Positions 23,144-34,101 of a DNA stretch of 64,000 bases are shown here, in pieces. Each line of letters starts with the position of its first letter. Positions within the stretch are counted from its first letter, which is position 1. Source of the stretch: a virus. The DNA lies in the IMG/VR virus record IMGVR_UViG_3300027742_000001, positions 1 to 64,000 of that record, one strand, 5' to 3'. The notes under the pieces were generated by a model. The model saw only the letters and a program-made list of their open reading frames with translations. It did not search any database and was not told where the DNA came from. Made by a program: the position numbers and the translations under genes.

Positions 23144-23911
23144 ATGCCTAATTACTTTCAAACAACAAAAAATAAAATAGGGATGACTCTTGTAGAGTAT
23201 AATACCTTAAAAAGATATTTCTCAGGGATACCTTCAATAAAATGGGCTTATGAAGAATATCTTAAAGGGGTTAATTTACAAGAGCTTATTCGTACAAAAG
23301 ATTATCAAATAATTCACGATAAAATTATATTACCAAAAGGAGGAAATTTGTTATTAAGTAAAAGTTTACCAAGAGAGCCTATTAAAGAGAATATTAAGTT
23401 AAAACCTAATCCAATAATGTTTAAAGATAAAAAATATACAAGCAAACAATTTTGGGAAAGTTTATTAAATAATTCTGATAAGTTATTAAACAAAGGTTAT
23501 ATCTTTAATTTATATTCTCAAATAGGAGAACAAGGGTTATTAGCAGGAAGTGTTTTACTGAACACATTAGTCAAGGATAATAAAACAAATACTAAGTTAA
23601 ACTATAAGTTAACAACGGGAGCTAAACTTGATTATGATTTTAAAGATTTTAATGACTATGATAGTTCAGTAAGTAAGTTAGCTAAGGTTGATATTTTAAC
23701 AATATTTAGTTATAATACTCTTAGTTCAAGTGATTTTAATAAAGCTAAATTTGAAAGCTTATTAGATGAATGTAGTATCAAGAATAATCTTGTAATATTA
23801 ACTTCTAAAAAAGAGTTAAAGATAAAAGACAGAGAAATTATTAATATAGGATTTACTGATACAATTAAAAAAGAAACAGATTTATTAAATGATTTGTTTG
23901 GAGATAATTAA
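23144..23911 (+). CDS. Degenerate DnaC/IstB-like AAA+ protein (helicase-loader-like)
   Basis: KLAKVDILTIFS...SSSDFNKAKFESLLDE...LVILTSK follows the DnaC/IstB C-terminal pattern, but Walker A and B residues are missing. Confidence 0.45.
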   Translation: MPNYFQTTKNKIGMTLVEYNTLKRYFSGIPSIKWAYEEYLKGVNLQELIRTKDYQIIHDKIILPKGGNLLLSKSLPREPIKENIKLKPNPIMFKDKKYTSKQFWESLLNNSDKLLNKGYIFNLYSQIGEQGLLAGSVLLNTLVKDNKTNTKLNYKLTTGAKLDYDFKDFNDYDSSVSKLAKVDILTIFSYNTLSSSDFNKAKFESLLDECSIKNNLVILTSKKELKIKDREIINIGFTDTIKKETDLLNDLFGDN

Positions 23912-23920
23912 AGGAAACTT

Positions 23921-24796
23921 ATGAAAAAGAAAATTCCTAATTGGAGAAGTAGAAGAAAGTTTTCTTATATAAGACCTAAAAAGAAAAGACTTGAAGAATA
24001 TGAGTTACCAAACACAACTCAATTAAGTATCTCAAAGAAAAGAGCTTTTATGACTTTACTTACTAATCCAAATGTTAGTATAGAAACTATAAAAGCTTTT
24101 GACTTTGAGTATTACCAATGGTTATACTTTTGGTATAATCCTAAATCAAAACAAAAAGTATCAAGAACTTTTGAAGATATACCTTTTTATCATATAAAAC
24201 TTGAAAGGGATTTCTTTAATCTGTATTCTTGTATTATTAATAAACAAAAGTTTCTAAAAGAAGATTTCTTAGAGTTAAGTGTTCAATTTAGTTTTAAAGA
24301 AAAGACTTATGAAGAACTCTTTGATAACCTCAAACAAACAGAAGCTCTTGAAAAGATAAATGACTTAGGAGCTTTTTATTATAAACTCCCTAAGAAATAT
24401 ACTTATTTTGAAATGTTCTTTAAAGACAATAAAGGAACATATTTATGTAATACTAAACTAAATATAAGTGCTAAGAAACTTAACTCTTTAAGCAAACATT
24501 TAGTTTATTTTGGTATAATAGATATGTCAAGAGGTAAATGTGGTAAACCTTACTTTTTAAGTTATTACTCTAAAGAAGAGATTACTAAGAAAAGTAAGTT
24601 TAATAGTATTGAACGAATGAACTTTTTGAAACATACCCTAAAAGAAAAGGATATTTTAGGTTATACTTTGGAAGGAAACTTTATATGGGATATAGATGAT
24701 ATTCCAAAGAGTGATTTAAAATATAATGTTTTAGTGTTAGCTTCAAAAGGTAGTTTGTTCGGTGGTTATGAGAGCTTTGTTTTAAAAGCAGATTAA
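23921..24796 (+). CDS. Hypothetical protein (291 aa, basic N-terminus)
   Basis: Long ORF with AAGGA RBS. Confidence 0.75.
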   Translation: MKKKIPNWRSRRKFSYIRPKKKRLEEYELPNTTQLSISKKRAFMTLLTNPNVSIETIKAFDFEYYQWLYFWYNPKSKQKVSRTFEDIPFYHIKLERDFFNLYSCIINKQKFLKEDFLELSVQFSFKEKTYEELFDNLKQTEALEKINDLGAFYYKLPKKYTYFEMFFKDNKGTYLCNTKLNISAKKLNSLSKHLVYFGIIDMSRGKCGKPYFLSYYSKEEITKKSKFNSIERMNFLKHTLKEKDILGYTLEGNFIWDIDDIPKSDLKYNVLVLASKGSLFGGYESFVLKAD

Positions 24797-25386
24797 ATAA
24801 AATAAATGAAGGAGATAATGATGGAAATAATTAAACCAAAAGAAGAAGTAACACTAACTTTAAAATTGGATGAAGATGATTTAAAATATTTAAGAGGAAT
24901 TACACAAAACTATATTGGTGAAAATCCTAGTGATGAAAATCAAAATGATAAAAGAGTTAGATTAGCTTTATTTGTAGCTTCATCAAGAGCTTTAGGAGTT
25001 AATATGTTAGATGATGGAAGTATAACAAGAGAAATAAATTAAGGAGAAAATTAAATGAAAATAGAAGATATGAAAGGATGGGAATTAAAAGCTAGGGAGT
25101 ATGCTATTATTAATAATAAAATAGAAAAAATTGTAATAGCACAGTTTATTAGATTGTCTAAATATGAGAGTCTAAGTATGTCTGAATATATTATTGATAT
25201 CAAAGGTAGAATTATTTATGAATTATATACTTTTAATGAAGCTAAAGAAAACCTTATATCCTCTTTAGAATCAAACATTAATATTCAGAGTGGATACTTG
25301 GAACATTATAAAAATAAAATTAAAAAGATAAAGAAAGATATTAGTAAACTTAAAAAGAGTAAGAAATACTATCTAAAAGGAGAAAT

Positions 25387-26319
25387 ATGAAGAAAAAATT
25401 AATGTTAGTAGATAGCTCAGGTATCTTACATAGGGCTAGACATAGTTGGGTTAAATATGATACACCAATTTTAGAATATTTTTTACAAGATATTTTAGAA
25501 ATATGTCAAGATATTATGCCTAATAAAGTTGTTTTATTAAATGATATTACAAAGAGTAGATATAGAAAAGAATTATACCCTGATTATAAAGGTCATAGAA
25601 AAGATGCTCAAAAGAAAATGACTAAAAAGGAGATTAAAAGTTTAGAGTTATTAAATCAAGCCCGAAAAGATATTACTAAATTTAATCATATAATGATAAA
25701 TGGTCAAGTAAATGGTGTTGAGGCTGATGATATTTTAACAAGACTTTATAAACAATTTAGAGATGAATATGAGGTTATTGGAGTTAGTATTGATAAAGAT
25801 TTCTTTTCAGAAATTCCAGCTAGTAATATGTATAGTCATTCTTCTAAAAGGTTTAGAACACAAGAGGATAAGCATAATCTTAGTATTAAACAATTTAAAA
25901 TGTTTCAAGTATTAGCTTCTGATTCTGCTGATTTCCCTAACCTTAAAGTAAAAGGTATTGGAGATAAAACAGCATTAAAACTTGTAAATAAGTATAATTC
26001 ATTTAAAGAAATGAGAGCAGTTCCTATTGAAGAAATTGAGCAAGTATCAGATAGATATGTAAAAAAGGCTTTGAAGTCAATTAAAGAAGATTCTAATTGG
26101 GAAAAGATGAAGTTAATATATCAATTAGTTCAACTCTTTGTAGATGATTCTAAGTTTAATAAAGCTGAATTAATACAATATGCGGAACTTGTTGAAGAGA
26201 TTAAGGCTTTTAAGAAACCTAATAAACTCATTACAGATGAATTAGATGATATTTTCTTTGAGAATCAGGCATTTAAATGTTCAAGTTTATTAGAAGAAAT
26301 TTCAATGTATATAGATTAA
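25387..26319 (+). CDS. 5'-3' exonuclease / flap endonuclease (T5 D15-like)
   Basis: LVDSS, YRKELYPDYKGHR, EADD, SIDKD, DSAD...GIGDKTA. Confidence 0.92.
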   Translation: MKKKLMLVDSSGILHRARHSWVKYDTPILEYFLQDILEICQDIMPNKVVLLNDITKSRYRKELYPDYKGHRKDAQKKMTKKEIKSLELLNQARKDITKFNHIMINGQVNGVEADDILTRLYKQFRDEYEVIGVSIDKDFFSEIPASNMYSHSSKRFRTQEDKHNLSIKQFKMFQVLASDSADFPNLKVKGIGDKTALKLVNKYNSFKEMRAVPIEEIEQVSDRYVKKALKSIKEDSNWEKMKLIYQLVQLFVDDSKFNKAELIQYAELVEEIKAFKKPNKLITDELDDIFFENQAFKCSSLLEEISMYID

Positions 26320-26669
26320 AAAATTAAAAGGAGAAAATTATGGGAATAGATTATAGAGCAGTAGCAGGATATGGAGTTGAGGTTAAAAATAATTTAACTG
26401 AAAAAGGTACAGAAATATTTGAGAACGAGTATAATGGAGATGATTTAGAGGGTTTTATTGAAGATGAATTACCTGAATTCGATTATGATTATATCGGATG
26501 TAGTTATTCAGGAACTAATGAACCAGTTTTAATATGTTCAGACCCTTGTAATAATGGTAATATGGAGAAATATACTAAATTTTGTAATGATTTAGACAAG
26601 TATAAACATTTACTTATAGATGTAAAACCTGAATGGTTTTGTGAAGTTTATGTATATTAAAGGAGATAA

Positions 26670-27794
26670 ATGAGTAAGTTTAAAACACTATTATTTTCAG
26701 ATTTTCATGCTAAACCTTTTGATGAAAAAAGACCTCATTATAGTAAGTGGGAATTTGAAATGAAGAAATATTGTTTAGATATAATCTTGAAAACAATTAA
26801 AGAAGAAAGTATTACAAGAGTAATTGACTTAGGGGATTTTATTGATAGAGATTCCCCTAAGAGTTGGGAACTTGATTTACTTGATTACTTTTGGTCAAAT
26901 GTTCCTAATGAGGTTTCTAAAGAGATAATTTGGGGGAATCATTCTTTAAATAAACAATCTACAAAAAGACTTTATTATGAAGAAGTTATGAAAGATTATT
27001 ATTTAAACAAATGGAATGTAAAAGTACATGATTATGTTATTATTGGAGAAAGTCCCAATCAAGATATTTTTTGTAGTCATAAATATATAAACAAATTACA
27101 AAACCTTAATAAAAAGTATAGATATATATTTAGTCATTTAAGGTCAAGTAATGGTAATGCTTTCTTTTCAGATGAGATTAATTTAACAATTCCTAAGAAT
27201 GTTGCTTCTAAAATATATTTAGGAGATGTTCATAATCATAGTGAGTTTGATAATATTGTTTATTGTGGACAATCCTCTTGGGTAGAATTTCCTCAATTTA
27301 ATGAAGAAGAAAGTAAAGTAAGCTCTATCCCTAGCTTTATTCTTTTAGATGAAGATTCAGGAGAACATGAAAGAGTATTTATGTTCAATCAAGACTCTCC
27401 TTACCAAAAGAAACTTAAACATATTAAGCTAGAAGATTTAGATAATATACCTCTCATTATTGAAGAAATGAGACAAGATTATCTAAGTAATAAAGCTTTT
27501 TATAAAGTAAGAGTATATGGTAAGAAGTTTATGATTGATAAAGTTAAGAGAACATTTCGAGAACAAAAAGATATAGATAAATTTTGTATAACAGAATATA
27601 TTAATTTAAGTATGAATGAAAGTAATCATCAACAAATTAATTATAATAAACTTGTAAAACAATGTTTAGATAAGAATTCTGTAAGTAAAGATTTGTTAAA
27701 CTATATTTGTAAAACAAATGATGATAAAGGTTTAGAGGATTTAGTAACAAGTACATTTGCTACTTTAGAATCTATGGTTGAAAATAAACGATAA
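26670..27794 (+). CDS. Mre11/SbcD-like recombination nuclease
   Basis: SDFH, LGDFID, GNHS, SH, GDVH metallophosphoesterase motifs; lies just upstream of the Rad50-like gene. Confidence 0.85.
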   Translation: MSKFKTLLFSDFHAKPFDEKRPHYSKWEFEMKKYCLDIILKTIKEESITRVIDLGDFIDRDSPKSWELDLLDYFWSNVPNEVSKEIIWGNHSLNKQSTKRLYYEEVMKDYYLNKWNVKVHDYVIIGESPNQDIFCSHKYINKLQNLNKKYRYIFSHLRSSNGNAFFSDEINLTIPKNVASKIYLGDVHNHSEFDNIVYCGQSSWVEFPQFNEEESKVSSIPSFILLDEDSGEHERVFMFNQDSPYQKKLKHIKLEDLDNIPLIIEEMRQDYLSNKAFYKVRVYGKKFMIDKVKRTFREQKDIDKFCITEYINLSMNESNHQQINYNKLVKQCLDKNSVSKDLLNYICKTNDDKGLEDLVTSTFATLESMVENKR

Positions 27795-27809
27795 AGGAGA
27801 AATTAAAAA

Positions 27810-28100
27810 ATGAGTAATACAAATATATCAATTTATAAAGCTAAATTAAAAACTGATAAATATAATAAAAATTTATGGTATGTAGGATTTTATCATGGTT
27901 TTAATAATTTAGGGGAAGGATGTTACTTGAGTACTCAAGCATGGGGGAATGCTCACCACGAAGTTGATGAGGAATCTATGGTAGAGATTTGTAGATGTAC
28001 TCCTAGTCAAGCTAAATATAGACTAAGGGAATTAATGGATAAATATCATTTGAAAAAGGACACTTCTTGTGCATTATGTGGTAGGGATACACTTGAATGA
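27810..28100 (+). CDS. Small YopX-like hypothetical protein between the Mre11- and Rad50-like genes
   Basis: IYKAK...WYVGFY...EVDEESM pattern. Confidence 0.4.
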   Translation: MSNTNISIYKAKLKTDKYNKNLWYVGFYHGFNNLGEGCYLSTQAWGNAHHEVDEESMVEICRCTPSQAKYRLRELMDKYHLKKDTSCALCGRDTLE

Positions 28101-29794
28101 TAAAGATTAAGAAAATAGAAGTTCAAGGGTTTTGGCTCTTGAATGATACTGTAATAGATTTTGAAGGGAAAGATGGTTTGATAAATCTTGTAGGGATTAA
28201 CTCTGATGCTTTTAGTTCAAATGGTTCGGGTAAGAGTACATTGCCTAGCCTTATTTGTCAAGCACTTTACAACAAGAACTTATTAAACAAACCCCAAAAA
28301 GAAATATTGAATAAACATACTAATAAAAAGTTCTTCTGTAAAATGTATTTAGATATTACTAAAGATAACATTACAGAAGAAGTCCTTATTGAAAGAGATT
28401 ATTCAAGAAACTTTTTTGAGTACTACGTTAATGATATTCCTTCGGGATATAATAATAAAGTAGAAAAACAAAATCAGTTAGAAAAGTTATTAGGTTTAAG
28501 TTATAATACCTTTAACAAATTGTTCTTTTTAAGCCCTCAAAGGGTTAGTTTATTTAGTACTGCTGAGGATAATGCTCAAAGTAATTTTATTAAAGAGTTA
28601 TTGAGTTTAGAATTTATTACAGATATTAATAAAAGAGCTGATTTAGAGTTAAAGTCTTTGAAGTTAGAATTAGAAACAAAACTTAAAGAACAAGATATGT
28701 TAATTAAGCAATCTGATTTTATTAAAGAACAATTAAATTTAGTAAAGGTTTCTTCATTTGATACTGCTGAATTAGGTCTTAAAGTAGAAAAACTTGAGGA
28801 AATACAATATAATAAATCTAAAAAAGAAAAAGAGTTCAAAAGTCTTAATAAAGAAGTAAAAGATACTGAAAGTAAAATCAATAACTTAACTTCTTCAATA
28901 GACTTTTTGAAACAACAACAAACTCAAAACGATAAAGTATTAAATCTTAATAAATGTCCTACTTGTAAACAAGAGATTAAGAATATTGATGATTTAAGAA
29001 ATGAGTTCAAAGGTTTTCAAGAACAAATTACAGATTTAGCTACTCAAAGAAAAGAGATTAAAGATAATAACTTAGGAAGATATTCTGTCTTAAAAGGTTT
29101 GAAAACAGAGTTAGAAAAGATTACTAAAGACGAAATCCTTTTAGAGAATGATATTAAAAGACTCCAAGAGTTAAAAGCTCAAGGGGAAACTTCGGATAAA
29201 ACAACTCTAAGGAATAAACTAAGAAAAGATTTAGCTAAAGTTAATGAAGATATAGTTACTAATGAAATATCTTTAACAGAATTTAGGAATAAAGTTTATG
29301 TTTATGAACTTATTAAGGCTTGTACGGGTGCAAAAGGTTTTGTAAAAGAACGAATAAATCTTTTCATTGAATTATTTAATGGAACACTTGATAGGATTAG
29401 CTCTAAGGCACTAGGAAGAGAGATAAACATTTGGGTAGAGAAAACTACAAAAGATTCTTTCGAGCTTATTTATAAGGAACAGGGGCTTTTACAAAGGTAT
29501 CAAGATTTAAGTTCAGGAACGCAACGAAGAGTAGATATTCTTTTATGTTTAGCATTAAACTTATCTATTAAAACTTTAACGGGAGTAGAAGTTAATCTAC
29601 TATTCTTAGATGAAGTTTTATCTAATATTGATGATAGTGGAAAAGAGGAAATAGGAAAGTTACTTAGATATATTACTAAAGAGTTTCCTAATAAATCAAT
29701 TATAACAGTACACCATGGAGAAACTATCGAAAGTGATTATACTTTAAATGTTACAAGAGAAGATAATCAATCAATAATATCTTGGGAGGAATAA
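28097..29794 (+). CDS. Rad50/SbcC-like SMC ATPase
   Basis: NGSGKS, coiled coil with CPTC zinc hook, LSSG signature, LFLDE, H-loop. Confidence 0.92.
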   Translation: MIKIKKIEVQGFWLLNDTVIDFEGKDGLINLVGINSDAFSSNGSGKSTLPSLICQALYNKNLLNKPQKEILNKHTNKKFFCKMYLDITKDNITEEVLIERDYSRNFFEYYVNDIPSGYNNKVEKQNQLEKLLGLSYNTFNKLFFLSPQRVSLFSTAEDNAQSNFIKELLSLEFITDINKRADLELKSLKLELETKLKEQDMLIKQSDFIKEQLNLVKVSSFDTAELGLKVEKLEEIQYNKSKKEKEFKSLNKEVKDTESKINNLTSSIDFLKQQQTQNDKVLNLNKCPTCKQEIKNIDDLRNEFKGFQEQITDLATQRKEIKDNNLGRYSVLKGLKTELEKITKDEILLENDIKRLQELKAQGETSDKTTLRNKLRKDLAKVNEDIVTNEISLTEFRNKVYVYELIKACTGAKGFVKERINLFIELFNGTLDRISSKALGREINIWVEKTTKDSFELIYKEQGLLQRYQDLSSGTQRRVDILLCLALNLSIKTLTGVEVNLLFLDEVLSNIDDSGKEEIGKLLRYITKEFPNKSIITVHHGETIESDYTLNVTREDNQSIISWEE

Positions 29795-29876
29795 CCTTCT
29801 AAGATATTTACTACAAATACTACTTAAATTAACATAAAAACTACAATAATAACATTTACTTGTTAATAACACATTT

Positions 29877-29909
29877 TTAAGCAAACTTTAATAAATTCTT
29901 TGTTATACT
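29877..29909 (+). promoter_or_regulatory. Phage promoter, copy 8
   Basis: TTAAG-N6-TTAAT-N11-TATACT. Confidence 0.75.
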
Positions 29910-30355
29910 TCTTTGTAAATAAAATTTAAGGAGGAAAAATGCGTATAACAAAGTTAATGAAACTAAGAGATGAAGTATGCCCTATATGTGGAGAACCTAA
30001 AGATATTTGTCCTAGTGAAGAATCATGTCCATATAGGATTAGGGATATTAATACTAATGATACAATACATGAGCAAAATTTAAAAGAGCCAAAACAAGGA
30101 GATATTGTTAAGGCAACAAGAAACTTAGGTAATTATAATTGGCAAGGAACTTATTTTGGTAAATGTAATGATATTTATTTACTAGATTTTAATGGTACTC
30201 ATTGTATGGTTGCTAATAAGGTTGAAATTATACCTACTCTTACTAAAAAAGAAGCTAAACAAAAAATATCTGAAATGTTTGCTAACCCTAAAAATATATC
30301 AAGTCAAAAGGTTAGGGAAATAATTGATTTAATTGAGTTAGATAAGGAGAAATAA

Positions 30356-31879
30356 TTGGCAAAAGCTAAAGCAACAAAGAATAAAAGTAATCTAAGTATA
30401 TATAATATTAAAGATACTTTTATAAAGATTTTTTTAGAGTTCATTATTGAGTTAAATAAAATTCCTAATGCTGAACAAAAATTAAATTATCTTAGAAAGG
30501 TTTTATATAGGAATAATGATAATAGGGCTGAGTTTAATATTGTTCATGGTTATGTTATTAAAAGAATTTTAACTTCACCAACAATTAAAGAAAGGTTTTT
30601 ACCTTTAGAGAGTGATTTAGAAAAAGAAACTATAACAGGAAAACAAATAAACTTTCCTCAATTAGATTTTATGGTAGCATATGGTATTAATGAAAAAGAA
30701 CTTAGACCTTATTTTGAGGAATATATTTATTCAGAAAAAGGTTTCTTACAAAAGTTCTTAGTAGATTTTATTAATGGAGAGAATGTTTATAAAATCCCTA
30801 AAGATATGCTTAAAGAACTTTGGGATAATAAAAGACTTAGAGTTCAAGAGTACATGACTTTAGATGATGATTTATCTTTACATTATCATTTTATAGGTAT
30901 GCCCCCTTATTTATATAAGCAACAAGTTTATAAGTACCTTGATTTAAAATCTTTTAATAATACTAAGTTCAAAGGGCTTGTTATTCCAACTGATGTTGAG
31001 ATACATTCTTATTTTAAAGAACGAAATAGAAAAGCTAGAAGATTTTATGCTTGGCAAAGAACTCTTGAATGGGATAATAATGATACAAAATATAATATAA
31101 GATATCCTTGTGTACTTTATAAAGGTTCTTTAGTTAAGAAAAGAAAGTTATTATATTTTGTTAGATTAGGAAGTCTTTTAAGGACTAATATTGAGGGAAT
31201 GTTATTGAATTATTTTGAAACAGTATTTAAGAAAGGTTTTTCTAAAAGGTTACTCTTTGTGGGGTATCTTAATGAGGATAACTCTTTAGATATTATGGTA
31301 ATGACTGAGAATAAACAACTTACTAATTGTTTTGTTACGGAAAAAGCCTTTCAAATGAATTACAACTATTCTACTTTAACAAAGGATTATAAGAAAATAA
31401 GAAAAAACATGGAATTCTATGCAGATGAATTTAATATTAAAAAGTTAAAATTGCATAAGTCCGAGGGTTTTGTATTTCATTCTTTACATTATTTGTTAAA
31501 TTATATGTTGTTGAATATTGCTCAAGGAGATAAAAGACCTCTAACAATTATGTTTAGGAACTTTTTAATGATAACTAATGGGTTAAATATTAGAAAAGCT
31601 CTTATGACAAGATATGAGTCAAAGATACAAGTAGCACATTTTACATATTTAGATACAAAGGAGGAGTTTAATTTACATAGGTCAAGGTTATCTGAAACAG
31701 TAGAGATTATACCTAACTTTCTTAATCAAGAAGTTCATATATTTGAGTTTGAAAGAGGAGGTAGATTTGGGTTATTAGCACCAATGAAGTCTTTTAAGTT
31801 CAGCGAAGAGAGTTATTCCGAAAAGGTGAGCAAGTTAAGACAGTTTAGTCAAGTATTTGCTGAGAAAGATAAATTTTAA
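30356..31879 (+). CDS. Large hypothetical protein (507 aa)
   Basis: AAGGAG RBS and TTG start directly after the upstream stop. Confidence 0.75.
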   Translation: MAKAKATKNKSNLSIYNIKDTFIKIFLEFIIELNKIPNAEQKLNYLRKVLYRNNDNRAEFNIVHGYVIKRILTSPTIKERFLPLESDLEKETITGKQINFPQLDFMVAYGINEKELRPYFEEYIYSEKGFLQKFLVDFINGENVYKIPKDMLKELWDNKRLRVQEYMTLDDDLSLHYHFIGMPPYLYKQQVYKYLDLKSFNNTKFKGLVIPTDVEIHSYFKERNRKARRFYAWQRTLEWDNNDTKYNIRYPCVLYKGSLVKKRKLLYFVRLGSLLRTNIEGMLLNYFETVFKKGFSKRLLFVGYLNEDNSLDIMVMTENKQLTNCFVTEKAFQMNYNYSTLTKDYKKIRKNMEFYADEFNIKKLKLHKSEGFVFHSLHYLLNYMLLNIAQGDKRPLTIMFRNFLMITNGLNIRKALMTRYESKIQVAHFTYLDTKEEFNLHRSRLSETVEIIPNFLNQEVHIFEFERGGRFGLLAPMKSFKFSEESYSEKVSKLRQFSQVFAEKDKF

Positions 31880-32347
31880 AAAGGAGAATAAATGAAAAAG
31901 ATACAAGGATACGTTTCAACAGGATATGTTGGTTGTGATGGGGAGTTTGAATTTGAGGTTGAAGAAGATACTCCCGAAGATAAAATTCACGAAATTGCTT
32001 TAGATTGTCTATTTGAAACTATTGAGTGGAGTTGGTGGGAAGTTAAAGATGAGGAAAAAGAATGTTAAAAAAGGAACTCATTGAAAAGTTACAAAATGAG
32101 ATAAATAAGTTAAAGGAATTTCCCGATAAAGCAAAGTTCAATGAGATTGTTCTGATAAAGGAAAAGCCTAAATGCCCTCAATGTGGGGAATATGAAGGTA
32201 AGAACTTTTCTAGTGGAGGTTTTATTTATCATCAAGAATATTGTAAATCTTGTGGATATAGTTTTACTGAGGAATAGGTTACAAAAGTATTGCATATAAT
32301 AATGTGCAAAGATAGCTATTGAAGGTTATTTCATGCAATATATGTTA

Positions 32348-32380
32348 CTAAGGATAGTTTAAGCAAAGGTATTATATACT
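32348..32380 (+). promoter_or_regulatory. Phage promoter, copy 9
   Basis: CTAAG-N6-TTAAG-N11-TATACT. Confidence 0.75.
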
Positions 32381-32411
32381 TTTGTTTGTAAAATAAATTT
32401 AAAGGAGAAAA

Positions 32412-33713
32412 ATGAAAACAAAGTTAATAAATGAATTCAGACAAAGGTTTGATTTGAGTGAGGAAGATTGGGGAATGTTCTTAGCAGAGTATCAAGAAAA
32501 GGATAAACCTTTAAGAACTCTTTGTGAGGATTATGATATTGAGTATAATGCTTTTAGATATTGTTCTTATCAATTAGGTTTAGATAATGGTACTAAAGCA
32601 AGTCGTGTTGAGAGTATTCTTAAATTAAATAAAGACTTAATGAGAGAACAAGGTAAAGAGTATAGTGTAGAACATGAACTAGAAAGAGAATTAGAGAGTA
32701 TTGTTAAGAAAAATAGACAATTAGTTAGAGGTATTACCCATGCTCGTGATGAGAATAATCATTTAAGAAAGCTTATGAGGGAAGAGGATAGAGAATATAA
32801 CTTTTATGAGTCAATTTATAATGATATTCAACACTCACTAACTGTTTTTAAAGATACTAATTTTCCTAAAAATAATTTAAAACTTATTGATAGGAAAGAT
32901 TTAAGAAAAGATAATACTAAAGCATTTGTCTTATTATCAGATTTGCATTATAATGAATTAGTTAAAGGTCAATTTATAGAAAACCATAATGAATTTGATA
33001 CTCAGATTTGTTTGGATGGTATTGATACAACTTTATTTGAAGTTCAGAAATATGAAGCTGATATTTTAAAGATATACTTAGGTGGAGACTTACTTGCAGG
33101 TAAAATTCATGGATTAGACTTAAAAGGTCAAGTTCCAGTAACACAATCTGTTATAGAATTAGCAAAGTTTTTAGCAGATAGAATTAATACCCTAGCAACT
33201 CAGTATAAACATATTGATATTATAGCTGTTAATGGTAATCATAGTAGATTAGGTTTATTACCTGTTAGAGATTTAAAAGCTTTTGACTTTGAACACTTAA
33301 TGTATGAAATAATGTTAAGTCATATTAACCAAGATAATGTTAAATCACATTATAGCAATAGTGGTTATGCCATTGATAATATTGGTACAGAAGATAACCC
33401 TAAATATTTAGGACTTCATCATATGGATATGAAAAGATTTAATCCAACAAATGAATCAGATGTATTAAAGCAATTTGAAATGTTTGATGAATTATTTAAT
33501 ATTAGGGTTATGTCTATAATGGGAGGACACCAACATAAACCAGTCTTTACTGCTAATAGTAGAGGAGGTAGTTGTTTTATAAATGGTTGTGTTAGTGGTT
33601 CTAGTGAATATGGATTTAACTCAGACTTCTTACCTTTATATCCTTTTCAATGGGTTGGTGTATGGAATCCTAATGGTTACGCAGATGAACAAAAATGTGT
33701 AAGAATAAGATAA
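32412..33713 (+). CDS. Calcineurin-like metallophosphoesterase with N-terminal HTH/coiled coil
   Basis: LSDLH, GGDL, GNHSR, HH, GHQH. Confidence 0.85.
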   Translation: MKTKLINEFRQRFDLSEEDWGMFLAEYQEKDKPLRTLCEDYDIEYNAFRYCSYQLGLDNGTKASRVESILKLNKDLMREQGKEYSVEHELERELESIVKKNRQLVRGITHARDENNHLRKLMREEDREYNFYESIYNDIQHSLTVFKDTNFPKNNLKLIDRKDLRKDNTKAFVLLSDLHYNELVKGQFIENHNEFDTQICLDGIDTTLFEVQKYEADILKIYLGGDLLAGKIHGLDLKGQVPVTQSVIELAKFLADRINTLATQYKHIDIIAVNGNHSRLGLLPVRDLKAFDFEHLMYEIMLSHINQDNVKSHYSNSGYAIDNIGTEDNPKYLGLHHMDMKRFNPTNESDVLKQFEMFDELFNIRVMSIMGGHQHKPVFTANSRGGSCFINGCVSGSSEYGFNSDFLPLYPFQWVGVWNPNGYADEQKCVRIR

Positions 33714-33937
33714 CTATTAAATATTTATGTAAGGAGAAAAAATGAAAAAACAAGAAGCTCTAGAAAGGATAAAACTTCTAGAGCAAGTTATTAATGAAAA
33801 GTCAAGACAAGTAAACCCCAATATAAGTTACTCTTTAAATGATATAATATCAGGTAAATTATCTAAATGTCCTAATCAGAAACTTCTTAATGAAATATTT
33901 ACTTGTCAAGATGAAATAAAAAACTTACAAAAATCTT

Positions 33938-33957
33938 TGGAGGATTAATTTCCTCCA
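33938..33957 (+). terminator. Hairpin after 33742..33948
   Basis: TGGAGGA-ttaatt-TCCTCCA. Confidence 0.5.
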
Positions 33958-34019
33958 CCCTTACCTCATAATATCCTTTCAAAAAAACTTTTAAAAACAA
34001 CCCACAAAAACAAACCCAT

Positions 34020-34052
34020 TTAAGCAACTTTTAATAATACTTCTTATATACT
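34020..34052 (+). promoter_or_regulatory. Phage promoter, copy 10
   Basis: TTAAG-N6-TTAAT-N11-TATACT. Confidence 0.75.
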
Positions 34053-34101
34053 TATCTTATCGAAACAATTTAAACACATAAACACATAAAAAGGAGAAAC
34101 A

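Noticed and set aside
30356-31879. Calling this ORF or 23921..24796 a DNA ligase
   Set aside because: No KxDG adenylation motif; resemblance too weak to annotate, kept only as a testable idea.
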